Notes: generated from the sequence alone by a model not told the origin. Shown: positions 9,851-20,198, counted from the stretch's first letter. The stretch: DNA of 64,000 bases from Polyangiaceae bacterium (GCA_033763455.1 JANRKO010000006.1:160001-224000), one strand, 5' to 3'. Numbers and translations: made by a program.

Positions 9851-10040
9851 TGCGTGGGCAGTCTAAACACGGTCGGACACTACTTCTTTTGCCGTGCGGA
9901 GGGCTAGCGTGAAGTAACGATGAGATGTCCAAGCGTGCAGTTCACGCGGGGGCTTATGGCGGGCCAATAGGGTTGCCCGAGGGCCTTACCCCGAGTACGT
10001 AGGCGCCGCCTAAGTTATTTGCCGTCGCTTTGGTCCCGCA

Positions 10041-11984
10041 ATGCAATTGCCCTACACCACCGACTATCCCGGAGCGGTTTCTTCTGCCGCACAAGCTCTC
10101 GGGTTTACATTCTCTGCGGTTGTCTTGTGGCGGCCACTGCGGTCTCGCTCGGCAACAGCGTTATTTGTCGCGGCAATACTGGTAGCGGCGGCTCTGCCAA
10201 TTTTCGGAGGGCAGTGGCTCGCGTTAGCACCGCAACTGAAACTGGTGAACGTTCTCCAAGCCTCCAGTCTACTCGCCTTGCTCGCCATGCTCGCGCAGCG
10301 TCCGGCATGGCTCAAGGCACTTGCAACAGTGGGCGTCGGCGTACTCTTGGTGCTTACTCGGTTCATCAAGGGATCTGACGACGAGCTAATGTTTGCTCAC
10401 CTGTTTTGTTATGGCGTCCTTTATGGGGCCTACCTGTCCACAGTGGCGCCACCCACACGGAACTGGCGCCTGTACGTTCGTTCAGATTCTTTTCGGTCCC
10501 ACGATGCAGTTGTGTTTACGGTGGCGGTGGCAGCCGCTTTTTCCGTAACCCATCTGGTTTTTGATGCGCGCACTGCGAACGGCGACGAGCTAGCGAATAC
10601 CTTTCAGGCCAGCCTTTATGCGCAGCTCAAGGCCTATGCGCCGATCCCAAAGTGCCCCGAGGCTTTTGAGAACTGGTGGGTGTTTCGTCATGCGGGGCGA
10701 GCGTTTTCGCAATACACGCCCGGTTGGCCCCTTTTTATGGCGGTGTTTGTGCCCTTGGGCGCGCTGCCCCTAGCTGGCCCCGTCATGTTTGGAATTCTCT
10801 CCGTGGCGGTTGCGCGCATTTCTCGTCGGCTGGCGAGTGCCCTCGGCGATGCAAGGAACTCTAGGAGAATCGTTGCCACAGCGGGAGTGTTGGGTCCTCT
10901 CTTCGCAATGCTAGGCCCCTCGCTTATGCTAAACGCAGCTTCACGCTTTTCGCATACCATGGTGTGCGCATGTTTCGCGTGGAGCGTTGAAAGTCTATGT
11001 GTCGTTTCTGAGCGCGGGGTCTCGCGTCACCGTTCTTGGCGGTACGGAACGGTCCTTGGTGCTTCGACGGTCTTGGGGCTGGCGACACGGCCGGCGGATG
11101 GGGCGATGCTCGGTATAGGGATCTTCTTGTATTTCTTGCGTGCGGCGGTGGGCTGTCGCATCAGTTGGCGCACCTTCTGGGCTATGGCACTAGCGTTTTC
11201 CTTGTTCGGCGCACTTACCTTGATCATTCTCCGGCTGCAATTGGGAGAATGGTTCCAGACCGCGTACGCCTTGGGCCCTTCAATCCATCCAGAAGCCAAG
11301 ATGGTATTTAGCGTGCCCAAGCCCAACGAGTTCAAGTATGGATTCCCTCTAGCTACTGGGTCCTATTGCTGGTGGCCCGCTGCCCCTGCTTTGGGCGTTG
11401 CGGGGCTAATGCAGGCATTGGCCGGTCGGGAACGGAGGATCCCCTTTATGTTCGTGACCAGCGGGTTGCCTCATCTCATCCTTTACGCGCTGGTTGAGTT
11501 TGGACGGGGTGTCGATAACGGGCTCGGCCCACGCTACCAATTGCCATTGGTGGTGCCCATGGCCACAGGCATGGCAGCGCTCCTGGCGCCACTGGCTGTT
11601 ACCTTCGCCGCACAAGTGCACATGCGTTGGCGTGCTCGGGTTGGGGCACTCGCCTGCGCGGTCGTAGCCGCTGGTGCCATAGTCCACGGAGTGGTTCGAA
11701 TCGCGCCCCTAGTGTATCCCGTGGCTGCCACTGAAAACAGGCATGCGACCAGCCCAATCCGTAATGCGCAGGAGCGCGCCCTAAAGCAAGCGATTGTTTG
11801 GATCATTCCCGGTGACGCAACCGCTCACGAGACCAACCTCGCGCAGAACGACCCCACTGAACCGAACCCCGACGTGTTCTTCTTCATATGGCGAGGGGTG
11901 CAAACGGAGCAGTGCGTCAGCAAGAATTTCCCTGGGCGTACTTGGTACCGCTCGGACCGCGCTGGCGCGATCAGGCCGTTCTAA
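10041..11984 (+). CDS. ArnT-like GT-C membrane glycosyltransferase
   Basis: NGDELANTFQA acidic loop, FSQYTPGWP, SH, TRP and GPRY motifs; many TM segments. Confidence 0.68.
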   Translation: MQLPYTTDYPGAVSSAAQALGFTFSAVVLWRPLRSRSATALFVAAILVAAALPIFGGQWLALAPQLKLVNVLQASSLLALLAMLAQRPAWLKALATVGVGVLLVLTRFIKGSDDELMFAHLFCYGVLYGAYLSTVAPPTRNWRLYVRSDSFRSHDAVVFTVAVAAAFSVTHLVFDARTANGDELANTFQASLYAQLKAYAPIPKCPEAFENWWVFRHAGRAFSQYTPGWPLFMAVFVPLGALPLAGPVMFGILSVAVARISRRLASALGDARNSRRIVATAGVLGPLFAMLGPSLMLNAASRFSHTMVCACFAWSVESLCVVSERGVSRHRSWRYGTVLGASTVLGLATRPADGAMLGIGIFLYFLRAAVGCRISWRTFWAMALAFSLFGALTLIILRLQLGEWFQTAYALGPSIHPEAKMVFSVPKPNEFKYGFPLATGSYCWWPAAPALGVAGLMQALAGRERRIPFMFVTSGLPHLILYALVEFGRGVDNGLGPRYQLPLVVPMATGMAALLAPLAVTFAAQVHMRWRARVGALACAVVAAGAIVHGVVRIAPLVYPVAATENRHATSPIRNAQERALKQAIVWIIPGDATAHETNLAQNDPTEPNPDVFFFIWRGVQTEQCVSKNFPGRTWYRSDRAGAIRPF

Positions 11985-12002
11985 GATCGATAAGTCAATA
12001 CC

Positions 12003-12878
12003 TCACCCCCGCGCTGCCAAGAACGCCACCACCTCCGCACGCGTGGGTATAGAAGCCATGGCCCCCCGCCGACTCACGGATACCGCTGCCGCCGCACACG
12101 CATCGCGCAGCGCCTCCGGCCAAGCTAACCCGGCATCCAGATTCGCTAGCAAATAACCCACGAAACAATCGCCCGCCGCCACCGTATCTACAGCTTTTAC
12201 GGAAAACGCAGAAACCTGGTGTTGTTTGCCGTCCACGAGGGCGACCACGCCTCGCGCACCGTGGGTCACGACCACCGCAGCCTTGGGGCAGAGTTCACGG
12301 AGCCGGGCGGGCTCCGTACTTCCGGCGAGCGCCTCAGCCTCGATTTCGTTGACGATGAGGATATCCACCAAGTTCAACGGGAACTTCTTCACCGCGTCCG
12401 TCATGGGAGCGGGATTGAGGGCCACTTTATGGCCGTGCTTTTTGGCGAGCTCAATGCAACGCGCCACGTCATTCGTTTCGTTTTGTAGAAGCACCGTGGC
12501 GGGCGGGCGAGCACCGAGCTCGGCATCGATCCGCGCAATATCGAGTCTCTGGTTCGCGCCACCAAAAATTACAATGCTGTTCATGCCTCCGCGATCGACT
12601 TGGATCACGGCGTGGCCGCTCGGCTCGTCGACAACCTCTAGCAACTCCACGTTGGTGCCCGCCCGGCCGAGCTCGTCGCGCAACCACACTCCATCCCGGC
12701 CGACCTTACCAACATGCGCTACCGCGGCTCCCGCGCGCGCTAAAGCCAGGGATTGGTTGGCGCCTTTGCCCCCTCCGAGTACGGCGTACTCCTCACTGGA
12801 GATGGTTTCGCCGGGGGCAGCGAGGTGTTCGACGCGGTAGACGTGGTCAAGATTGATCGAGCCAATGTTAATAATCAC
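12003..12878 (-). CDS. rbsK: ribokinase (PfkB family)
   Basis: Motifs GSINLD, GGKGANQ, LLQNE, NPAP, NEIE, VDTVAAGDCFVG. GTG at 12878 is preferred as start; ATG 12902 is the alternative. Confidence 0.88.
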   Translation of the reverse strand: MIINIGSINLDHVYRVEHLAAPGETISSEEYAVLGGGKGANQSLALARAGAAVAHVGKVGRDGVWLRDELGRAGTNVELLEVVDEPSGHAVIQVDRGGMNSIVIFGGANQRLDIARIDAELGARPPATVLLQNETNDVARCIELAKKHGHKVALNPAPMTDAVKKFPLNLVDILIVNEIEAEALAGSTEPARLRELCPKAAVVVTHGARGVVALVDGKQHQVSAFSVKAVDTVAAGDCFVGYLLANLDAGLAWPEALRDACAAAAVSVSRRGAMASIPTRAEVVAFLAARG

Positions 12879-13041
12879 GGGAGTCCTCGGGGCGGGCGGC
12901 ATTGTGCCAACCGCTCACGGCCTTGTATACGGCGCCTCGGTTCTGTCGAGAATTCCACAATTCGTGAGATCTCGAGGGCTGTGCTCTCAGAATTGGCTAG
13001 GATCTGCGCGTTGGCTCCGATAATTTGTGTTCTCGAGTCGT

Positions 13042-13923
13042 ATGCTTGCCGCTGAGGGTCCGTACACGCCCTGGATACACCTGGCCGACAATGGGCCGCG
13101 TCCTCCAGGTTGGAGCATTCATCAACGGGTGCTTTCGCACTACCTGCTCGTGGTGAGCTACGAGGGGCAGGAAGAGAACATCATTAACGGCCGGGCTTAC
13201 ACGGTGCCGCGCAATGGCGCCTACCTGGTGCAGCCCGGAGTATTGACGCAGCTTATCTCTTCGCCGGGGGGCAGCCGGCCGTCGTGGGTTCACTTTGACG
13301 TGAAGTTTAACCAGCGCCGTGATGAACACCGGGACACGATGTCGTTTGACACTGATCTAGACCTTCGTTCGCACTTGGCACAGCCGGGTGCCCGCGAAGT
13401 GTGGGGTGTAGATCTGCCGGTGATGGTGCCCGAAGCCCTCACACCACTGTTCGCGCGCAGTCTCGATCCAATTGTGGAGCTGTGGAGAACTGGGGACCGT
13501 TACGATCAGATCAAGGCCAACCATGATCTGGCTGGCCTCCTCTTGGCATGGGTTCAATCTGCTCGGCCCACCGAGGTGCGCCTGCCGTTGGACTTACCTG
13601 CCCGTTTGCGCCGTGCAGAAGCCATTGCTCGCGAACGGCTGGCCCATGGCTTCGACGTTGAGGAGTTTGCTCAGGCCGCCGGGTTCAGCCGTGCACATTT
13701 CAGCAAGATTTATCGGCAGGAGCGCGGCGTGAGCCCGGGTCACGCCCTCCGCAATTTGAGGCTGGAAACGGCCGAACATTTGCTGTCGAGCACAGCGCTT
13801 GGCATCAACGATGTCGCTCGCTTGGTGGGGTATCCGGACAGTACCGTTTTTAGTCGTACCTTTCGGCAGCGCCACGGAACAACGCCTTCGGCCTGGCGGC
13901 AAGAGCGCCTGAGTACGGGTTGA
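13042..13923 (+). CDS. AraC-family transcriptional regulator
   Basis: N-terminal cupin-like region and C-terminal double HTH (AQAAGFSRAHFSKIY, VARLVGYPDSTVFSRTFRQRHGTTPS); divergent from rbsK. Confidence 0.92.
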   Translation: MLAAEGPYTPWIHLADNGPRPPGWSIHQRVLSHYLLVVSYEGQEENIINGRAYTVPRNGAYLVQPGVLTQLISSPGGSRPSWVHFDVKFNQRRDEHRDTMSFDTDLDLRSHLAQPGAREVWGVDLPVMVPEALTPLFARSLDPIVELWRTGDRYDQIKANHDLAGLLLAWVQSARPTEVRLPLDLPARLRRAEAIARERLAHGFDVEEFAQAAGFSRAHFSKIYRQERGVSPGHALRNLRLETAEHLLSSTALGINDVARLVGYPDSTVFSRTFRQRHGTTPSAWRQERLSTG

Positions 13924-13933
13924 GTGAACCCCT

Positions 13934-14683
13934 CTAGGGGTTTGCTCCGACGAGTTTTCTGAACTCCGGGTCGCCCTCTAGATACCGATCGGGAAATAGC
14001 ACCACGCGCGAAGGGTGTGTGGAACTCACGATGAGTGCGGTGATCCCGGTGAAGGGGTGGTCAGTGAGCTCGCACAGGGTGAGCTTATCTCCGGTGGGAG
14101 TGGTTTTCTCTGGTCCCGGGCGGTAGCCACCAAAGTCGTTGCAGGTAACCGGGACCGCTATCTCCCATTCCAAGCGAAAGGTGTTCGAGTTGTTAGCTAA
14201 GTAGCGGACCTTGAAGGGCGTGCTAGTGGGTGATTCGACGCTAGCTGTGCAGAATCCAAAATCAGTTGCGCCCCTAGGGGCGCAGCTGACCTTCCCGATG
14301 CGTTCTTTGTTCGCTGCCAGCACGCTCCTGGCCCATCGGAGGAATGGGCGCAGTGGTTGCTTCTGATCTAGCAGTGCTTCCTGCTGGCGTTTTTCAGCCT
14401 CTAGTTGCCGTTGCTTTTCCTCGCGCCCGATCAGATCCGAAAGGCGCGTGATGTCCCATGCCGAGGCCTCCCCGCACACACCCGCGGCAACCTGGAGCTC
14501 AGCCTTGGCAGCCTGGACTTTGCCCTCACGCAGCAACTCCCGAACGCGCTGCCTGCCCTTGGCGCATTCTGGGGGTTCGCCCAAGCGATTGTCACAAGCC
14601 GTGAGCGGTGCGCTCATCAGCGCGGCGAGTAGTAAAGCCGAAAGCCATCTCACATTCGGTGCCCTAGCACGACCTACTGCCAC
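13934..14683 (-). CDS. hypothetical lipoprotein
   Basis: Signal peptide with lipobox-like LTAC, a coiled-coil segment and paired cysteines; start codon uncertain. Confidence 0.65.
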   Translation of the reverse strand: MAVGRARAPNVRWLSALLLAALMSAPLTACDNRLGEPPECAKGRQRVRELLREGKVQAAKAELQVAAGVCGEASAWDITRLSDLIGREEKQRQLEAEKRQQEALLDQKQPLRPFLRWARSVLAANKERIGKVSCAPRGATDFGFCTASVESPTSTPFKVRYLANNSNTFRLEWEIAVPVTCNDFGGYRPGPEKTTPTGDKLTLCELTDHPFTGITALIVSSTHPSRVVLFPDRYLEGDPEFRKLVGANP

Positions 14684-14709
14684 GCGTTAGTAGCTAGCTA
14701 TCATGGTGG

Positions 14710-16392
14710 TCATTGGAGCGCTAAGCGGATAATCTCGATTTCGGCTCGCTCAAGCCCCTCTGAAACCACGCTAATGAGCGCCTTCGTGGGGACGGACCCG
14801 AGGGAGGTCACAGTGATGCGATGCGTCCACGAGCTCGGCCCTATTTCGAGGAGCTCGAGGTGCGCCAAAAGGGGGCGCTCTATGGCTAGGCTTCCGAGAG
14901 CCGTTTCCAGCCGAGTACGCTCAACGCTGCGGGGAACCTCCAGCAACAACGACGCCATTGCCTTGTTCGGGAAGTAGCGGGTTGGGCGAAATAGGCCGAG
15001 GAGATGGGGAACGCGCACCTCAGCGCCATCGAGACCGCTCAACCGCACTTCGAGCAACCCCACCTCCAGCACCCGCCCAGACTGACCTCCGAACTCCACA
15101 TGTTGCCCCACTTCCAAGCGACGTAAGAAGAGGGTGGCGCCGCCCACGGTAGCCGTCGCCAAGAGCGGCAAACTCGCAAGGGCTAGACCTGCGAGCGCTA
15201 ACATGCCCGTGCGGGCTACCGGCCCATCTGGCTCTCCGGTGACGACAGGCGCCACAAATACGACGGCGACCAGTACGATGCCGATGCGGAGTACCAAGCC
15301 GAGAGGCATCGCAAAATCTCTTGGGATCCCCCCAAGCTGAGTTTCCCCCCGGGCGACGCTTTCAAAGAGGAGCCCCAAGAAACGCAATACCAGGAAAACG
15401 GCAAGTGCCACGAGTGCGGCAACGAACAGCACAGGGAGGGCCTGGGCTAGACGGCTGGTGAGCGCCGAAAGGGGAACGAGCACGATGCCCGTGAGGCGTG
15501 AAGTGAAGCCGCGAGTGCTCTCGAAGAGCGACAGGGAAACGACCAAATACGTGTAGAATAGGCCGAACTGTAAGAGCCAGCGCGCCGCGCTCACCGTTAC
15601 CAATAGCGCCCGTTGCACGGGGCCCGGCCCCAAGAGTTCGAACGAGAAGAGCCGGAAGGCGGGCACATCGTCCGCGTTGTCGAGGAGCCACTCACGGATT
15701 CCGCTGGAGACTGCGCGCACCTTCCGCACGAGGTAGAGGCAGAGCAGACCCAGAAAGGCAGTGAGGGCGACTGAAAGCGCCGTGTTGGTAATCGCCTCTC
15801 GGCGCCTCTCGGCGGTAATCTTGGCGCGCAGCTTGGCCTCCAGAGTTGCTGCGAGGGTTTCTACTGAGACCTCCCCGTGGCTTTTGGCGTCCGCGGCCGA
15901 TAACTCAAGAACGGCAACATCTCCGACGAACAAGATCGACAGATCGGCGTTGCGCACTAGGCGAACGTCTTCGGGCTTGGCTCCCGGCAGCGCGGATTTT
16001 AGGGCCTCATTGGCACGTGCTGCGCGCTCATTGGGGCTGTGTGACCCAAGCGGGGATTTGAGCGCGATGAGGAGGTCGTCCCCAAGGCGAACCTCCACAC
16101 TCTGTTGGGTTGGCGGAGAAGGGGCACTGGGCGCTTGGTTCGACTCTGCTAGCTGGGATGGGCTCGCGCTCGGTGCAGAAGATGGGCTGGTGGCCTGCGG
16201 GATTGCTCCGGAGGCGTGTAACTGGATGGCAGAGACGGCGGGCGCTGTGCTTGGGCCCCTTCCTCCCTGCGACGCCCCGGCGTGGTCGGCAGCTGACGCC
16301 CAGCTACCAGCGCTCACCCCAAGCGCGCAGAATAACCCGGATAAGGCAACGATACGGAGACTTCGCAGCAGCTGATGGGCCGACCCAATCAC
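14710..16392 (-). CDS. MscS-family mechanosensitive channel with large periplasmic N-terminal region
   Basis: TM bundle followed by RRLEVGQHVEFGGQSGRVLEVGLL...VRVP. GTG at 16392 overlaps the yciB stop (GTGA). Confidence 0.78.
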   Translation of the reverse strand: MIGSAHQLLRSLRIVALSGLFCALGVSAGSWASAADHAGASQGGRGPSTAPAVSAIQLHASGAIPQATSPSSAPSASPSQLAESNQAPSAPSPPTQQSVEVRLGDDLLIALKSPLGSHSPNERAARANEALKSALPGAKPEDVRLVRNADLSILFVGDVAVLELSAADAKSHGEVSVETLAATLEAKLRAKITAERRREAITNTALSVALTAFLGLLCLYLVRKVRAVSSGIREWLLDNADDVPAFRLFSFELLGPGPVQRALLVTVSAARWLLQFGLFYTYLVVSLSLFESTRGFTSRLTGIVLVPLSALTSRLAQALPVLFVAALVALAVFLVLRFLGLLFESVARGETQLGGIPRDFAMPLGLVLRIGIVLVAVVFVAPVVTGEPDGPVARTGMLALAGLALASLPLLATATVGGATLFLRRLEVGQHVEFGGQSGRVLEVGLLEVRLSGLDGAEVRVPHLLGLFRPTRYFPNKAMASLLLEVPRSVERTRLETALGSLAIERPLLAHLELLEIGPSSWTHRITVTSLGSVPTKALISVVSEGLERAEIEIIRLALQ

Positions 16393-16934
16393 GAGGCCCC
16401 TTTTGTCGACGCGCCAAGCGCCACGGTTGTGTAGACCGCCAACGCAAGGTTCATCACCACAAGGCTTACAAGCTTGTAAATTACCCACACATTCATCGGC
16501 AAGTAGAAGGCAACGACAAGATTCAGGGCTCCCGCGAGCGCCATCGCCCAGCCCCATACGGAGTTAATGCGTTGCCACACGTTGGGCTCTATGGGGCCGG
16601 TTTGAGGCATTACCTTTTCCAACAAGGTTCGGATGGTAAGAGCACCAGTTAGCCACTGACGGCCCAAAATGACGGCGGAAAATAGCCACAGAAACACGCT
16701 CGGTTTCCACTTGATAAAGTTGTCATTGTTCAGCCCGAGAGTGAGGCCACCGAGCACGAGAGCGAGCCCTAGGCTGAACAAGTGCAGCTTCTCAACACGG
16801 CGCTTCCAAAACCACTGGACGGCCACCTGCAGGACGGATGCCGCCATCAGTACCGCGGTGGCGACGTAAATTCCGCGTGCGAAGTACGCAACTAAGAAGG
16901 CCACTATCGGGAGGGTGTCGACAAGAATGCTCAT
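16389..16934 (-). CDS. yciB: inner membrane-spanning protein YciB (intracellular septation protein A)
   Basis: Motifs GIYVATAVLM, LGGLTL..NDNFIKWKPS, W..IN..W, WV.YK. Confidence 0.88.
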   Translation of the reverse strand: MSILVDTLPIVAFLVAYFARGIYVATAVLMAASVLQVAVQWFWKRRVEKLHLFSLGLALVLGGLTLGLNNDNFIKWKPSVFLWLFSAVILGRQWLTGALTIRTLLEKVMPQTGPIEPNVWQRINSVWGWAMALAGALNLVVAFYLPMNVWVIYKLVSLVVMNLALAVYTTVALGASTKGAS

Positions 16935-17115
16935 GGGAAAACCTTAGCTTTGCGCGGGACGGGTCCAACGCTAACACGGTGTGCCGCCGCGCAACACGAG
17001 CTCGCCACGCTGTGCAATCAGCCCGAAAAGTGCCAGCCTGGCCCTAGTGTTCCTTCCTTGACCAGGAGTGTGTTAAGCGAGCTCTTGACACGGCCCCCGC
17101 CGGGCCCTGAAGGAA

Positions 17116-18294
17116 ATGCGCAACATGGTGCAACGTAGAAAGCTTTTGGTTGGGTCGAGTGCTCTTTTTCTATCGGCCATAGGTTGCAAGAGCTCCCAGT
17201 CTGGAGAGCCTAGCGGCGGACCCCAAGCCAAGCCCCTCGGGGATATTGTGGTAGGGCATTACGCCGCGATGACAGGCAGCATCGCCCACTTCGGTCAAGA
17301 TACGGACAAGGCGATCCGCCTTGCCATCGATGAAGTCAATCAGTCTGGCGGCGTGAAAGGGCGCAAGATCAAGCTCGTAACCCTAGACGATCGCGGCGAC
17401 GCAGCTGAGGCCGCCAACGCCGTTTCTCGCCTCATCGACGTGGAGAAAGCCGTGGCACTCCTCGGTGAAGTAGCATCGAGCCTTTCGCTAGCAGGGGGGC
17501 GCATCGCGCAGCGTCGCAAAATCCCGATGGTGTCCCCGTCGTCTACAAATCCTAAAGTCACTGAGGTGGGAGATCAGATTTTTCGAGTCTGCTTCTTGGA
17601 TCCATTCCAGGGCAGCGTGATGGCAAAGTTTGCTCGGGAGAAGCTTAAGATGAGCAAAGTTGCCATCATCAAAGATGTGCGGAACGACTACTCCATTGGC
17701 TTGGCCGACGCGTTCAAGAAGTCGTTTGTGAGCCAAGGCGGCAGTATTGTAGTCGAGCAATCTTACAGCGCTGGGGACTCTGATTTTAGTGCGCAAGTGA
17801 CCGCCGTGCGCGCGGCCGCACCCGAAGCCATGTTTGTGCCCGGTTATTACGCTGAGGTGGGCGCAATCGCCAAAACTGCACAAAGGTTGGGCTTGAAGAT
17901 CCCTTTGATGGGTGGGGACGGTTGGGACGCACCGGATTTGTACAAGATCGGAGGGGATGCCTTGGATGGATCGTATTTCAGCAATCATTTCGCCCCCGAT
18001 GTAGCGACCCCGAAGGCGAAAAAATTCGTCGCTGATTTTACTAAGAAGTATGGCGAGCCCCCGACGGGATTGGGAGCCCTCGGCTACGATGCCGCTATGG
18101 TGTTGGTCCAAGCAATGAACGGAGCCAAGGACATCACCTCACCTTTGATTCGGGATGAGCTCACTAAGGTGCGTGATTTTGAAGGGGTCACTGGCAATAT
18201 CACAATCGACGAGGGGCGCAACGCGAAGAAGAGCGCTGTGGTGCTAAAGATTTCCGGGGGAGCCGCCAAGTTTGAAGCCATGATCGCGCCGTGA
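17116..18294 (+). CDS. livK: branched-chain amino acid ABC transporter substrate-binding lipoprotein
   Basis: RR plus lipobox AIGC; motifs AIDEVN..GGV.GR, DD.GD, FRVCF.D, YDA. Confidence 0.9.
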   Translation: MRNMVQRRKLLVGSSALFLSAIGCKSSQSGEPSGGPQAKPLGDIVVGHYAAMTGSIAHFGQDTDKAIRLAIDEVNQSGGVKGRKIKLVTLDDRGDAAEAANAVSRLIDVEKAVALLGEVASSLSLAGGRIAQRRKIPMVSPSSTNPKVTEVGDQIFRVCFLDPFQGSVMAKFAREKLKMSKVAIIKDVRNDYSIGLADAFKKSFVSQGGSIVVEQSYSAGDSDFSAQVTAVRAAAPEAMFVPGYYAEVGAIAKTAQRLGLKIPLMGGDGWDAPDLYKIGGDALDGSYFSNHFAPDVATPKAKKFVADFTKKYGEPPTGLGALGYDAAMVLVQAMNGAKDITSPLIRDELTKVRDFEGVTGNITIDEGRNAKKSAVVLKISGGAAKFEAMIAP

Positions 18295-19199
18295 CAGAGT
18301 TTCTTCAGCAGGTCATCAACGGGCTATCGCTCGGTTCCGTGTATGCCTTAATGGCCCTCGGCTACACGATGGTGTACGGAGTGCTCCGGCTCATCAACTT
18401 CGCGCACGGCGAAGTCTTCATGGTGGGAGCCTATGTCGGTCTCTACGCCGCGCGCGCGCTGGGCGTGGAACATGCGGCGAGCGGCTTTCCTCCTTACTTG
18501 GCCTTTTTTGTGTTGATTGCCGCAATGGTCGCGTGTGGTGCGCTGGGCGTCGTTCTGGAGCTTCTAGCTTATCGCCCCGTGCGCCACGCTCCCAGGCTCA
18601 CGCCTCTTATCACTGCCATTGGCATGAGCCTGCTTCTGCAGAACCTCGGTATGCTAATTTTTTCCCCGAACCCACAGTATTACCCGCCTATTCTCAAAGA
18701 GGTGCGTTTTGAATTTGGGGGCGTGATCCTCACGAATATTAAGCTCGCCATTTTCGGTGTGGCGCTCGCCTGCATGGCCGGCCTGTTTCTTCTAGTTCAC
18801 CGCACATGGACGGGCAAAGCCATGCGTGCGGTGTCGATGAACCTTTCCGCGGCCCGTCTGATGGGTATTAACACCAATCGCATTATCAGTATCACGTTTG
18901 CGCTTGGGTCCGCTTTGGCCGCCGCCGGTGGCATCCTCTTTGGTCTGGATCAGATCATCGTAAATCCGCTCATCGGAGTGCTGACCGGGCTTAAGGCCTT
19001 TGTGGCGGCAGTGCTTGGAGGTATCGGCAGCATTCCAGGGGCCATGCTGGGTGGGCTATTGATTGGTTTGGCCGAGCAGCTCACCGCGGGCTACCTTTCG
19101 CCGGATTATCGAGATGCGATTATTTTTGTGATCTTGATCATCATTCTTCTTCTGAAGCCAGAAGGCCTGTTGGGGACCGTGCGCCAGGAGAAGGTTTAG
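18291..19199 (+). CDS. livH: branched-chain amino acid ABC transporter permease
   Basis: Motifs NGLSLGSVYAL, INFAHGE, GKAMRA, KAFVAAVLGGIGS. Confidence 0.93.
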   Translation: MTEFLQQVINGLSLGSVYALMALGYTMVYGVLRLINFAHGEVFMVGAYVGLYAARALGVEHAASGFPPYLAFFVLIAAMVACGALGVVLELLAYRPVRHAPRLTPLITAIGMSLLLQNLGMLIFSPNPQYYPPILKEVRFEFGGVILTNIKLAIFGVALACMAGLFLLVHRTWTGKAMRAVSMNLSAARLMGINTNRIISITFALGSALAAAGGILFGLDQIIVNPLIGVLTGLKAFVAAVLGGIGSIPGAMLGGLLIGLAEQLTAGYLSPDYRDAIIFVILIIILLLKPEGLLGTVRQEKV

Positions 19200-20198
19200 A
19201 TGTCCTGGGTGCGGCGCGGTATGTCCGCGGTGCTCGTGGTGCTGGCGCTGTATGCGTTCCAGGAGGTCGCTAATCACTTCTTGATTGAATACGTCGTACG
19301 GATCCTGATGCTCGCGGGGATCAACATTATCCTCGCGGTGGGCCTCAATCTCATCAATGGCACGACGGGGCAGTTCTCGATCGGGCACGCGGGGTTCATG
19401 GCTGTTGGTGCGTATGCTGCGGCCTTCTCGGGTGTGCAAATGCGCCCCACCTTCGTGGGTTGGTTTGGGGAATCTCTCGCCGAGCCGATGGTGTTCAACG
19501 TAGCCCTGCTGATAGGCGCGGTTTTCGCGGGCGTGACGGGGATCTTGGTGGGGATCCCGAGCCTGCGCTTGAAGGGAGATTACCTCGCGATCGTTACCTT
19601 GGGTTTTGGGGAGATCATTCGCATCTTCTTCACCAATCAGGACCGTTTGGGCGCCGCCACCGGATACTTCGGTGATGGCAGCGCAGGGTTGCCAGCGTAC
19701 ACGACGCCATTTTGGGTGTTTCTCTGGGCATTCCTGGTAACCCTTTTGGTCTCCAATCTAACGTCTTCGCAGATAGGCCGCACGCTCCGGGCTATCCGGG
19801 AAGATGAGATAGCCGCCGAGTCCATCGGCGTGCAGACCACACGGCTTAAGGTAACGGCGTTTGCGGTTAGCGCAGCCTTGGCTGGCATTGCCGGTGGCCT
19901 CTTTGCTCACATGCAAGCAGGTGTGCGCCCGGATGATTTCAAGTTCGAAAAGTCTGTCGACATGCTCGTCATGATCATCGTGGGGGGCTTAGGTTCCATC
20001 ACGGGTGCTGTGCTCGGCGGGGTGTTCCTTGCGGTCACGCTTGAAGCCATGCGAGATCTTCAAGAATACCGACTGATTCTGTACGCGTGCCTCCTCGTCG
20101 TTATTATGATTGTTCGGCCCCAAGGGATCTTGGGGCAGCGGGAGTTTTCGCTAAGGGCGCTTTTGGGCGGGAAGCCCAGAAGGGAGCCCACGGCATGA
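19200..20198 (+). CDS. livM: branched-chain amino acid ABC transporter permease
   Basis: Motifs GQFSIGHAGF, LRLKGDYLAIVTLGFGEI, AIREDEIAA, GGLGS. Confidence 0.93.
   Translation: MSWVRRGMSAVLVVLALYAFQEVANHFLIEYVVRILMLAGINIILAVGLNLINGTTGQFSIGHAGFMAVGAYAAAFSGVQMRPTFVGWFGESLAEPMVFNVALLIGAVFAGVTGILVGIPSLRLKGDYLAIVTLGFGEIIRIFFTNQDRLGAATGYFGDGSAGLPAYTTPFWVFLWAFLVTLLVSNLTSSQIGRTLRAIREDEIAAESIGVQTTRLKVTAFAVSAALAGIAGGLFAHMQAGVRPDDFKFEKSVDMLVMIIVGGLGSITGAVLGGVFLAVTLEAMRDLQEYRLILYACLLVVIMIVRPQGILGQREFSLRALLGGKPRREPTA

Noticed and set aside
16393..16557. N-terminal extension of the MscS-like ORF
   Set aside because: It lies inside yciB; the GTGA overlap at 16389-16392 gives a better start.
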